This document shows, one piece after another, positions 10,901-22,499 of a stretch of DNA of 32,581 nt. A program made the translations under genes and the position numbers. Within the stretch, counting starts at the first letter, position 1. Each line of letters opens with the position of its first letter. Source of the stretch: Dimorphilus gyrociliatus (taxonomy: Eukaryota; Animalia; Annelida); NCBI GenBank assembly GCA_904063045.1, contig CAJFCJ010000128.1, positions 12,532 to 45,112 of the forward strand, written 5' to 3'. Under the pieces are notes generated by a model. That model was given only the letters and a program-made list of their open reading frames with translations, searched no databases and was not told where the DNA came from.

Positions 10901-13733
10901 ATATTTGAATAATCTGACATTCTGATGGTTCAGTGTTGTATGGTTTTTGTTTAAAGTATTGTTTCACTACTAGTTTATTAAAGCTATGATGTAATTTAAT
11001 GCTTTTATGTTGAAATGAAGCTATATCTTTATAAATGAAACAAAGTGATATCTTTGATGGTACATTTACTTTTTGTTTTGTTCCTCGAAATATAAAACAC
11101 ATGTCTGTTTTACTAAGAATTTTTTATACGTTATTAGATGTAAATAGTCCTAATATCATTACGTAACATCACTACCTTTTATAGCTGTTCTCAAATGATG
11201 TAAAATCATATGGTTTGTTGTCTAAGTGAACAGTTACAAACCTATTTCTTCTATCTTTAATTATTTTCATTTCTGACACAGACATTTTAAAAGCGGAAAT
11301 AAGGAAATTTACTAAAATAGCTTGACAATTGTACTACTTCCGGGTAAGATGAATTGCTTGTTAAATGTAGCATCCAAGAGTTTATCATCTGTTATCAATG
11401 ACAATATTCTGATTTTTTCCATAAATTTCAAAAATTCAAAATTTTGAAACGATAAATGTGCCAATGTACTATTCTTTTTTTTACAAAACATTTCACTTTT
11501 CTCAATTGATGTTCTTTTACTTTTCCAAAAAAGATAACAGTTGTTCTTGTATAAAAATGCATTTCTATTGCTGCATACTAAGTTTGGGAATATTTTTTTT
11601 TTAACATTATATCCATTTTCAATTGATATTTTAAAGAAAAACCTTTTCCATTATTTCTGCATTCTATGCTTAGTGATGAATTACTATACATTGCCATCAA
11701 TTTTCTAGAATTTAGAACAGAAGGTACAAATTTTTTATTGATTTTGAAAGAGCAGAAGGAGGTTTTTTGTTCAAATTTTGTACAATTCACTATTACGTAA
11801 TAGAGTGTAATTATTGTAAAATTGCTTCGTATACTATGAATAGTTCCGTATTCGAAACCCAGAGTATGGCATAGATTGTTTATTTGTTCAAATTGAAATG
11901 ATTCAAAAGATGGTTGATACCAAATATTTTTATAAAAAATTTGCAAATTTCCAATAAAATGAGTAAAATTATGATTTTGTCCAAAATTTAAAATATTTTC
12001 TTCATTATTGAAAAGTCTGTATTGAAAATCTATAAATATATCTATTGTTTATATTTTTGTGCACAGGTCATTCTGATTCATTTTACCTGAGAAATTATTT
12101 TCTATACATTTTACAGATATCATAAAGGAACTTTTATCATTTCTTCTAATTGCACAAGTGTGAAAGTTATTTTTTGATAATTTGCATTTGTTAAGAGTAT
12201 ATAAGATATTGTAAGCATAGGGAAAGTTCAGCTCAGGGCAAGGAGAAGAATCAATCTGTACAATTTGAAAGGAATATAATGATAATAGTATAAAATTTTG
12301 TTCATATAGTTTTCATCACCTGTTCCACTGTTTCAAAGATTTTGAATGTTGGATTAAATGTTTTATTTATACTAAAACACAGAGACATTACTATTTCAGG
12401 GACATTTTCAGATGATTTAAATGATAGCTGTACAATTCCATTAGTCTTGGAATAAACTATAAAAGTACTTCCAAATGGTAGAGAATCACTATGGAATTTT
12501 TTATGAAGGAAGTATGGCATTATTTCAATAACATAATCTAAAAAATAGGATTTGTAATATTCATTTTGTCTTTTACAAATAAAAGCTTGTTAATACACAA
12601 ATATACTTGTTGGCTTTATTTTTTTACCTTTTAACTCTCTTAAATTACATTTAAACTCAGTATAGCTGCTAAGATATTTATTTTTAGAAATAGATTTTAA
12701 ATGGAAAGAATCATTTTTAGAAACAACAGCAAAATAATTTGTATCTAATCCACTTGAATATTTCTTGAAAAATTGAGTTTTAGCACACCAGCTTCTCCTC
12801 ATTTCTTTACTTTCTAGATATAGTCTATATGTTAATTTCAATCTTCTCATTAAAACTGAATAGATCATCCTTTGATTTCTTATTCTTATATTTCCAGTTA
12901 TAATATTGGCAGAAAATATAACTTTAATGTTAGAAAGATGAACAAATGTCAAAGAAAATATTAACTTTTGAAAACTTACATGGTTCATCAATTTTGAAAC
13001 ACTTCAGGCAAATTAAATCATTTCTATTTTCTATATACTTCACTTTGTATCTGTTGATAAGGTTACTTCAATTTGTTTCCAATTATAATATTATTTTTTT
13101 ATTTTAAAGTTTTTGTTAGGAAAGCTCTGAAGTCAATTGTCATCCTATTTCACTTCCTCTTACTAGTCCATGCTTTTTTCAACTGGGAAAGTCAATTCTA
13201 ATTTCATCTTGAAATATCTTAGCACTTATTTACAGACTTTTCCTAACAAGAAATAGCCACTTACAAACTGATTTTGTTCAAATTAAAACCCAGGTAAGCT
13301 GTGCTTTGAACTCCTATAAAGGAAATTTTCCAAAAATGTTTCAATATGTAAATTGGTATAACTCTGCTATTTTTTAAAGAGGACATGTTGAACTACCTTC
13401 ATGTTGGCATATTTGTGTAGTGCTATGTATTTTATCATAATTCATCGCAGCACAAACTTTTTCCAACCGCCGTTGAATAGCATCAGATGAATATCCAATC
13501 AATTCTGTCTGCTTGTTAAATATTATTTTAAGATTTCCAAAAATGTAATGTTTATTTTCTTTAATTGGTTCAATAAAGAATGAGGAATTTTGTTCAGCTA
13601 ATATATTTTCAGATAAATATTTCCTAATTGGACATTTTACAGAAAATTTTAGACAAGGCATTAAACTAAGTATACACAAAAAAGTTGAATGATAAGGAAA
13701 GAGCATGGCTGTCAGAAAAAGCAACTCTAACAT
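7956..13733 (-). CDS. Large multi-exon GRL101/LGR-like receptor: signal/hydrophobic N-terminus, 2-3 divergent SRCR-like domains, C-type lectin-like domain, ~6 LDLa repeats, LRRs, hinge and 7TM
   Basis: ATG at 13733. SRCR-like RLFNN...GNLQIFYKNIW...LCHTLGF...VNC..E. CLECT-like FLYKNNCYLF...FCKKKNSTLAHL (about 11560-11450). LDLa such as CDGIVHCPEHDDEVDC. LRRs such as NLRKLFLSKTNL. Hinge CCF...CEP...SCADLL. TM3 IERF. A 60-nt intron (8468-8409) leads to NYYSKSSVC, TM6 NISCWLP and TM7 NSLINPLLY. Confidence 0.88.
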
Positions 13734-14036
13734 TTATTACATATATATTATTGAAATTTGTTGCAAATAATTGGCACAAAATCATTACAAATTGATAATT
13801 TCACGCCAAAATTAGTTGTATAATATTTATAAAATGTTTATGAAATGAGAAAAATAAACTGGTTAATAAAAATTATAATGAGATATTTTTCTTTCAGGTG
13901 TAAAGTATTACAATATGAAAGTTTCTAATTAATGTCATTTTGCATTTGTACTGAATATGGCAGAACACGAAACACTTTTTTTAGTTTACTTTTTTCTCTA
14001 CAAAAACAACCCTGCATGAGACCTTTTTCTCAACAC

Positions 14037-14623
14037 TCAATGAGCTCTATATAATGAAATATTGATATTTCATTAATCATTTCTTTAGTAAACATGTACT
14101 GTCCAAATATAAGTTTATTAATGGTTAGAATTAGATTTAAAAGCAGAAATAGTAGACATTTTCTCCAAAAAAACAATTTTTGTTTGGTTGCCCACTATAG
14201 TAATTTCTAAGGCTACCTTAAGTTATGAATTTCATTCACTTCTTCGAAAACACTCATTTCCCTAATTTCAACCTTCCAAACTCAGAACTCTTCCTTTTAC
14301 ACAATTCACTATGGATTCATCTGCTTGCATGAATGAAGGTATAAGTAGAGAATTGACCCAAATAATGCCAATCAATTGATAAGAAATACCAGAATTATTT
14401 TAAATTAATAGTAATGGGAACATTTTTCTTTTTATTTAGAATACAGGAAATTGATCCAGTCATCATTTTCTATGTTTATCTATATTCATTAATTAGTCAG
14501 CACTTCTATATCCTTAACTGAACTTATAACTAATTATATTTTCATTTCTCGTTCTCTTATTAAAACATATGGTCAGTATTGAGTTCATGATAAGAAAGTA
14601 TAAAAGAATCCAAATATTCAATT
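14037..14623 (+). repeat. Left arm of a ~590-bp inverted repeat
   Basis: Reverse complement aligns by eye along its length to 16778-17376, including long identical blocks such as aaggatatagaagtgctgactaattaatgaatatagataaacatagaaaatg and gtgaattgtgtaaaaggaagagttctgagtttggaaggttgaaattaggg. Confidence 0.9.
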
Positions 14624-14664
14624 AGTCTGAATATTACCAGACAATTCATCAAATTTTTACCAAG

Positions 14665-15588
14665 ATGATTGTCTCGATAATTTATAAAAAAATTCTTATT
14701 TTATGTTTGGCTTTAACACTGACCTATGCAGGTATTTCCTTAAAATATAAATATAGTTATATATTCATTACATTCACTCTTTTCTTGTTAGTTTGCACTT
14801 ATAATGAAATAACTGGAAAACAAGTAGATACAGGACCATTTGCAATATTTTATGGCAATAATTTGGACTTGTGCAAATATGTTTGTGACCATTTGAGAGA
14901 GTGTCAGTAAGTATTGTGATAAAAGATTTTAAATTATATCTACTTTTTACAAAGTAATCAGAGATTTGTGAAAAAAGTGATAACAAAGTTTAAAGTATAT
15001 TTTTTAAATTTAAGGGCATTTGGTAAACGTTACAGTTACTGCAACTTTAGAAATGCACAATCACCTCTGAAAGATTCGCCTGATAAAGCTTATTCTGATT
15101 GTTTTAAGAAGATTTCTTGTGGTAAAGTTTTTTAATTGAATTATTCAAATTTCTAAATTCAACTTTATTTTGGTGTTCAATTCATTTAGCACAACTTCCA
15201 CTAGTTCAAAGTAAGACGCAAAATGTGGTTAAATATTGACATATATAAATTTATATATGCTTTAGGCAAGAGCTATACTCTCGTATCACAAAAAGAATTT
15301 AATGGTAATCTTTATGGAAGATTTCATGGTGATTGTGCTCACCTCTGCAGCAACATTCCACCTTGCAAGTAATGTCTTTTTCAAACTGGTTCTCATGATT
15401 CTAATTTTCAAAAAAATGATAACAGATCATATGTTAAATATGGAATTTTTTGTGACCTTTTCACCAATAACCATTCAGATCTAAATGAGCTTGTGACAGC
15501 AACAGATAAGAACTATTACTATGAATCCAATGGTGTATCAACAATTGAACCATCTGCAACAATTCCAACTGATAAACCAAGTAAATAA
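14665..15588 (+). CDS. Secreted protein with two PAN/apple-like domains (about 6 exons, including a 21-nt microexon)
   Basis: Signal-like MIVSIIYKKILILCLALTLTYA. The spliced frame gives CTY...LDLCKYVCDHLRECQAFGKRYSYCNF...CFKKISC and DCAHLCSNIPPCKSYVKYGIFCDLF, with phase-compatible GT-AG introns (e.g. 14732-14791). Confidence 0.7.
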
Positions 15589-16049
15589 GCATTTTTTTTA
15601 TTTTATTTCTTATGAAGAAAATTTATCTGACATAAAAATAATTACATAAATTGAGGCAAATGATACCACTAAGTATTTCGAATTTGGCTTACCATTTTAC
15701 ACTAATCTGTTTTATGCTTCATCCTTACCTCCACAATCATTGTTTGTCAACAATAATTAGAGGTCTATACAACATGCTAAATGTTTATCTCTTTTAGGCT
15801 GAATTTTCAATATTAAAAGATTATCAAAAGATAAATGTCTACAATGTGCGATGTATAATACACCTTTTCATGTCCTATGACTAAATAACCTTTCAAAAGA
15901 ACAACATCTTTACATAATAATCATCATATAAAAGTATTAAAAATTAGTTTCTGTCCTATACATTTTGCATTTGCTAAAGAGAATAGTAGAGATATAAGAG
16001 AGCTGTTTTTTCTATTTATTATGAAGAATTAAACAGTCATGTAATGATG

Positions 16050-16770
16050 GCAAAAATCCAGAAAAGATGTATGCAGCACAAAAATTCGAAACAATCAATA
16101 GGTGTATGGGGCACACCAAGAAAGGCTTGGATTATGGACACTATACAAAAGGACTGATAAAGATGACATGTTTCACTACAGAGAAACTATTGGATGAATG
16201 GGGAGAATCCTTCACTGGGCAATTGGAAGACCAAGTAGCAGAAACCAGGAGAAAAATAAAGAAGTATCTGACAATGGTCGAAAACAATTACTCACCTAAA
16301 GTTGATAAGCCTCAAGGAATGGCTTAAGTGATGAAATTAGAAAAGTAGAAGCAGACATAAAAAACATATACATAAGAGCAGTGGGAAGCATGTCAAAGGA
16401 AAATGGTTCAAAAAGAAGGAGCAGCTGCTCTAGTGAGAGAAGTACCTCCTCAGGGAAGAGGAAAAGAAATGTGTATGGAAGCGCAAATGAAAGAGATGAC
16501 GCAGAAATGGCAGAAAAGCAGGCAGAGAATGGAAGAAAGAAAAATGTTATGCCAAACATATGATGCCAAGCAAAGAAAGGAAGTCTAAGCACCTTTGAGA
16601 AGATGGCAGACCAGAGTGACAATGATGAAGTTAACACCACCCTAAAAGCGGATGACATTCTTCAATTTGACACAAATAGGGAAGAATGGTGGATGGAAGA
16701 AAAAGAAAATGTGGTGGCCGAAATTGGGCGAAATAATAGAAATGAAAAGAACAGTGGGAAAAGAAGAAAT
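16050..16770 (+). mobile_element. Possible decayed non-LTR retrotransposon (RTE-like) 3' region
   Basis: Purine-rich strand. Frameshifted motifs such as GVWGTPRKAWIMDTIQKD and PQGKRKR resemble the RPRGRPRKRW-type C-terminal tail of RTE ORFs. No RT core motifs seen. Confidence 0.3.
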
Positions 16771-16777
16771 TCATATC

Positions 16778-17376
16778 AATTGAGTATTTTGATACTTTTA
16801 TGCTTTTTTATCAAGAACTCAATACTGAAACATATGTTTCAATCAGAGAACTAGAAATGAAAGAATAATTAGATATAAGTTCATTTAAGGATATAGAAGT
16901 GCTGACTAATTAATGAATATAGATAAACATAGAAAATGCTGACTGGATCAATTTCCTCTATTCTAAAAAAATAGAAAAATGTTCCCATTACTATTTGTTT
17001 AATATATTCCTAGTGATTTCTTATCAATTGATTGGCATTATTTGGATCAATTCTCTACTTGTAGCTTCATTTAAGCAAGAAGACAAAATCCATAGTGAAT
17101 TGTGTAAAAGGAAGAGTTCTGAGTTTGGAAGGTTGAAATTAGGGAGATGAGTGATTTCAAAGAACTTAAAGAAATTCATACCTAAAGGTAGCTTTAAAAA
17201 TTACTATAGTGGTAAACCAACCAAAAATTGTTTTTTTTGGAGAAAATGTCTACTATTTCTGCTTTTAAATCTAGTGCCAACCAACTGGTTGGGATGCTAC
17301 TTTGCATTAAAAAATTTATATTTGGACAATACATAATTGATGAAATATCAATATTTCATTATGTAGAGCTCATTGA
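16778..17376 (-). repeat. Right arm of the ~590-bp inverted repeat
   Basis: Inverted counterpart of 14037-14623; homology ends at ctcattga (17376). Confidence 0.9.
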
Positions 17377-17381
17377 ACCCA

Positions 17382-17471
17382 TTACTAAAGATAAATATGA
17401 ACTACACAGTTTTGCAACTGTAAAGTGATGATTGGATATCAGAGGCAAACCTCAAAGTATATAAATCCTCA
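17382..17471 (+). repeat. 90-bp direct copy of 30119-30208 (fragment of an LTR-like repeat)
   Basis: 3 mismatches in 90 bp, counted by eye. Confidence 0.9.
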
Positions 17472-17531
17472 AAAGTATGACTAAGAATTATAAAGAGTTC
17501 TGTACTCAATCTTGACCTAGTTCCTAAATTT

Positions 17532-17740
17532 AGGATATGACAGAAAACGTCCACAAATCAGTGCTTTTACCCTAACCCTAACCCAGCCCTTAGCTGTACC
17601 TAACCTTTTCCATTAGCCCTAACCCTCAGAGGAGACCCTGCTAACTACAAATCAGTTGCTGTTTTCTTTTGCCTAACCATTTCTCAATCCAAATTTTTGT
17701 CTTGAAATTTCTCATTTGTGGACGTTTTCTGTCGACTCCC
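17532..17740 (-). mobile_element. Telomere-motif MITE, full copy 2
   Basis: Perfect 20-bp inverted repeat gacagaaaacgtccacaaat/atttgtggacgttttctgtc. CCCTAACCCTAACCCAGCCC at 17570-17589. Confidence 0.8.
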
Positions 17741-17765
17741 ATTTATCTTCTTCTTTTTTACAAAG

Positions 17766-19547
17766 ACAGATAGAGTTGTACTCTGTGTACTTTGATGGTG
17801 TTTATAAAATTACAGAAGTTTGTATTTGGAATAGAATTAACAATGGTAAGATCTTACATGTTACTTTATTAAAAAGAAACTGCAAACAACTGCAATAAAT
17901 ACTTTATTTTCTTCAGTCAATTTATCACCATTTGCAGTTTACTCTGAAAAACAAATCTTTCAAGATTCGAACCTTTGTTTTTCATATACTGCACCTTATA
18001 CTTCTCAAAGCAATTACGCGCCTGAAAGCTATCTTTGTAAACCATGTAATTGTACTGGAAGTATACTAAGAATAGTAAAATCGGGTGTTGGAGAAAAACT
18101 TTCCATAACTGATTTTAGAGTAAGAGGAATATTTTTGGAGGAGACTAATATTGAAATTTTGGATTATCAACACTCCACAATTCGATCGGAAACATTAACT
18201 TCGGAATTTAATAATACTCTTTTAATGGATGGATTATATTCAACTACCTTCACAAATGGGCATTCTACAATTCTCCAAAGATACCTGCTTATTGATCTAT
18301 TAAAGAACTACATATTTGATTTATTGATAATCGATACTCCTTCTATTCTGGGTACATAATTTTTTTAGATAACAACTCCATGTTTGTATCTTTTAATCTT
18401 TTTTCAGATAGCAATGTAGGAATTATGTATGTATATGTACAACGAATTTGTCAGACAACCGGAAGTGAACACTTTGACGCTTCAGTCACTCAAATCAATA
18501 ATCCTTATAAACCAGTTCAATATACTCATATACTACACAACGTTAAAAATATTATTGGAAGGTGTATACTGTTGAAGAGTTATGAAGACGTTGATGCTAA
18601 ACTAGAGGGAATCATATCAATATCCAACATTTATATATATCATAAGAATATGATAAATACCAATGATTTCTATGAGAATGGTAAGCAGCTGGCATTTCTT
18701 TCTTTACTACATTGTATCTATCTTTTTTCCTTAAAGATCGTAGTGATGAAATTAATTCTATTCTCCTTCCGAACGGTCAATTTACGAATGAATTATACGA
18801 TAAGAAATTTCTAAATACTTCCGGTTTTGTTACAATCGGCCCGGAAGAAGAATTAACAGTCAACATTAAATCAGCAGCTATTGTTCATATTCTATGCATA
18901 ACAAGTAAATTATTAAACACTACTACTCAATTGTTTAACTATCACAGTTTTTCTTTTCTAATTTCTTCTGCAGTGTATGGACCGCAGAGTTCAATACTAG
19001 TTAAGCCTATATCGGCTGTTACCATTTTGGAACATGTGACATTGAACCAAAATTTCTCTGCTTGGTCAACACATTGTATAGAATTTCAAACATCTTTTAT
19101 ACAAAAGATAATCGTTATTCCATCAAAGAGGGTATTCATCACAGAGATTCAAATCCTTTTACTCAAAACTATATCAATAGGTAATATTTTTATTTTTCTA
19201 TTATAATAAACTCTTAATTTTTTCAATTGTTCAATTCAGTTCCGGTGAACAATTTCCTTGGCAGTTGTACTATACTGAGAAGAGTTAGAATTACAGTACC
19301 GGAATTATACATTAAGAATCAAAATGGAATAGGAGTCAATGGTATTGAAATTACCAATGATTTACAACTAATTGCAACAAATTCTACTTTACTGTCATCA
19401 TTTTGGGAATGCAAGAAGTATGATGAATTTCTAATTGGAAATTTAAACAACTATTTCTACTATTGCAATCCTCAATCTAAAGTTTTGGATATATTGATTA
19501 CAAATTCGAAGACAACAGTAACTAACATAATAATAATACCACCTTAA
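17766..19547 (+). CDS. Multi-exon protein with tandem F5/8 type C / fucolectin-like (galactose-binding-like) domains; 5' end unresolved
   Basis: ELYSVYFDGVYKITEVCIWNR, C...GSILRIVKSGVGEKLSITDFRVRG and LLMDGLYSTTF...YLLIDLLKNYIFDLLII fit discoidin/FTP-like strand patterns. Short GT-AG introns (e.g. 17846-17916); stop at 19545-19547. Confidence 0.55.
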
Positions 19548-20873
19548 TGGAAATTAAAGAGTACTATTGTCACTAGTAGTAATAATTTATTCTGAGCACA
19601 TCTTAAAAAACCTTTGTGAAAAGTGAAATATTAAAAATAAATATTCAAGTATTCATTATAATACATATACCTAATTTTCTTGAAGGTATATTTACAGCTA
19701 TATTTTTTATTATTTGTTTAAGTAATGCCTTGTAGCTAAGAAAAATGGTCAATTTTTTGATGTTATTCATACAAGAAAAAAGTATTGTCTGTTTTGATTC
19801 AATTTATTTATTCAAAAAGCTTGTATTCTCCTCTTTCTATTACATTATAGATTTCAATTATGTTCAGCCTTAAGACTTGCATTGATTTTGCTCTCTTGAA
19901 TTTTTTTTTGACCTTTATTGTTATTATTTCACTCTGAAATGAACAGAGATTATAATTTAAGGTCATCAATGTCTAGTGAGATAATAGTATAGGGAAGGTA
20001 TTCATAGATAAATTACTAATTAGTAAATTAGGTGAAGAGTTATAAAGCTCATCTTTTAAACAGACACACCTTTTGAAAGGATTGATTAAGTAAACGAAAA
20101 GTTGCCAGTTATTTTAAAAAATTTTCTGTTTTTTTTTATTCAAACATATTGAAAAACGGTACAATCAATATATGATAATTTTTATTATACTTGGTTACTA
20201 CGAAGTTCAATTAGAAAATCTCCTTTGATTTTCTTAGAGTAAAATCTTTCTAAGAAATTATCCAAAGTAGAGTTTTAAGTATAAACACAAACTCTTATCA
20301 GCTAGGTAAAGATGACGAATATGGCTATAACAAAGAATAACGTGATAATGAAATTGAAAAGAGTTTAGGAAAGATAAAATATTCTCTTCTGTTCGGCTTA
20401 TAATTCTATCATTAAGGTGATATATCTGTTTCTGCGCCTGTAATTATTGTACAAATTAATACAAGCCCATAAAATGCAAATCCATAAAATGTTTGGATGA
20501 TAATTCAATGATTCATATTTGTTATCTAAGAAAATAGATACACTACACTTCAGGGTACAAGCTGCAATGTTTCCATTTGTTTCGAAGAGGTCTGACACAA
20601 AGATTTCATAGGGTATTGGAAATTATAAAAACTTCTTCAATCTCAGCAAAGAATTATTTAAATAATTGCAGGAAATATGAAAATCTACTTTGTATTGGTT
20701 TCAACTAATAGCATTAGTTTAAAAAAGAGATAACAATTTAGATATTCTCTTATATTAGTTACATTAAATGTTGTTTTGAAGTATCTTCTGTAGTAAACAG
20801 GGCTAACTTATTCTATTAAATATCATTTCCAACAATTTTCTCAAAAACTAACATTTTAATTGGCATAAAAAGT

Positions 20874-21691
20874 ATGGCAACGGAAGGATATTATCTGGAT
20901 GAAAAGACAGTTTAATGTTCGGTATGTTTAGCGGCATGGGTTGGAAAAGATCCAAGAGTGCTGCCTTGTCAGTAGACATATTAACTACAATGCTTAAGAT
21001 TGTTCTAAATTCTGAAATTAGTTGCCCAATGTGTAGGGAAAATTGTACTGTTCCTCAAAGCAAAATTCTAAAGCTAAGAAATAATATCATTCTCACTTCT
21101 GTCAAAAAGTCTATTTTATTTGAAAATATATGCAGAGCTCATAAGAAAGAAAGAAGCCGTTGCATCACAGTCAAGCACTCAATCAAGCAACACAAACAGA
21201 ATAAAAGTAAGTTATATAAGGAATGAATATAACAGAACTGTGTGAAAGATATTAGTAGTTATAATAAAAATTGAAATGAAATCGCCATAGGAAATTTCAT
21301 AATGCAAGATCACATATTCAAAAGGCTCAGAACGAGAGTAAAGAATTTCTTGGACATAAAACATTGGAAAATCTCCTAGAAATATCCAATCAATTTCTTC
21401 AATCTTCAAACCTTTTAAATGAAATTGATTTTAGTGAATGTAACATTAGTGAAAATCAGTCTATTCAAGTTGGATATTTCTTAAAAAAGCTATTCTAAAA
21501 TGGAGAAAATAATCTTAAATTGCAATGAAAAAATGGGAAATGGACTATTAGAGTTTTGTCATGGATTTGTCTTTTCATCAAATACTTTGAAAGAAAATGA
21601 TCTTACTTTTTGTAATCTGAATGTAAATCAATCTAGAATAATTGGAAATATTTTAACAAATTGTCTCAAATTGATAATTAAGACTAATTAA
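20874..21691 (+). pseudogene. TRIM-like RING + B-box remnant + coiled coil + RNI-like LRR pseudogene
   Basis: MATEGYYLDEKTV*CSVCLAAWVGKDPRVLPCQ*TY*LQCL, then in another frame ISCPMCRENCTVP...LRNN (RING-HC) and ICRAHK. Later LNEIDFSECNISENQ...MEKIILNCNEKMGNGLLEFC...LKENDLTFCNL (ribonuclease-inhibitor-type LRR). Multiple stops and frameshifts. Confidence 0.7.
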
Positions 21692-22099
21692 AATTGACAT
21701 GATTTGTTATTTAATAATCAAGCGAAACGTTCTAAAGCATTCAACGATTAGTAATTAATTATAAGAAAACTATCTATGATTATCAGTGCTGCCTAAATTG
21801 TGATTAGTCTAAAAACTAATGAAGTTCTTTGTCTTTATCAGTTTACAACTAATCAATGCGACTAAGCTACTAATTGTTAAGAACTACTATCTGATACCTA
21901 ATTATAAAAAAACTTATTAAATATTCTATTTTATAGCAACTTCAGGATGTTTAGAGGATTGGAAAGAATACATAAATTTTTGTTAAAAAAGTGGGTTTAA
22001 AGCAAATAGTAATTGTAAAGAATTTGGAGGAGATTTAATCAGTATATTAAACAAAGATGAACAGAAATTTGTTACTAGCGAATTAATACACCATAAGTT

Positions 22100-22456
22100 C
22101 CCTTTAACATAATTCTTATATATAATTTTAAATGGTCTGATGGTTGTTTTTATGACTGATGCTAGTTTAGAGGCTGACAAAATTATTTTTGCTCCCCAGA
22201 AAGGATTTCTACTCTATATAAGGCATAATATTCTCTCATCTCGCTCGCTTAATTTGACTGGTCTGCCACATCTGGGTAAATCTTCTATTGTATGATGCAA
22301 TTGAAACTTTTTCCAGATATTTTGGGAATTGAACCTCGAAATTTTTAACATTTTTGGCAATTTTATTCCATGATAGCCCTTCTTGGTGTTTTTCAACAAC
22401 CAAATGACGAATTCCTTCATCAATGACCACCATTTTTTGAATAACCAAAGATACAA
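22100..22456 (-). mobile_element. Tc1-like transposase 5' fragment (paired HTH), frameshifted
   Basis: MVVIDEGIRHLVVEKHQEGLSWNKIAK / MLKISRFNSQNIWKKFQLHHTIEDLPRCGRPVKLSERDER...*SRNP. Confidence 0.8.
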
Positions 22457-22499
22457 TTATAATATGATAATTTCCTATTTGATTTATGCAGCTTAGCCC

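Noticed and set aside
386-14791. Stop-free introns of 3n length (386-442, 548-607, 9746-9814, 14732-14791) as a regulated intron-retention system
   Set aside because: They are visible mainly because the ORF finder reads through them. Four among several dozen ~60-nt introns is not clearly above chance without a genome-wide test.
20200-20660. Possible additional claudin-like remnant on the minus strand (L*NLCVRPLRNKWKHC)
   Set aside because: A single weak motif amid many stops; not enough to call.
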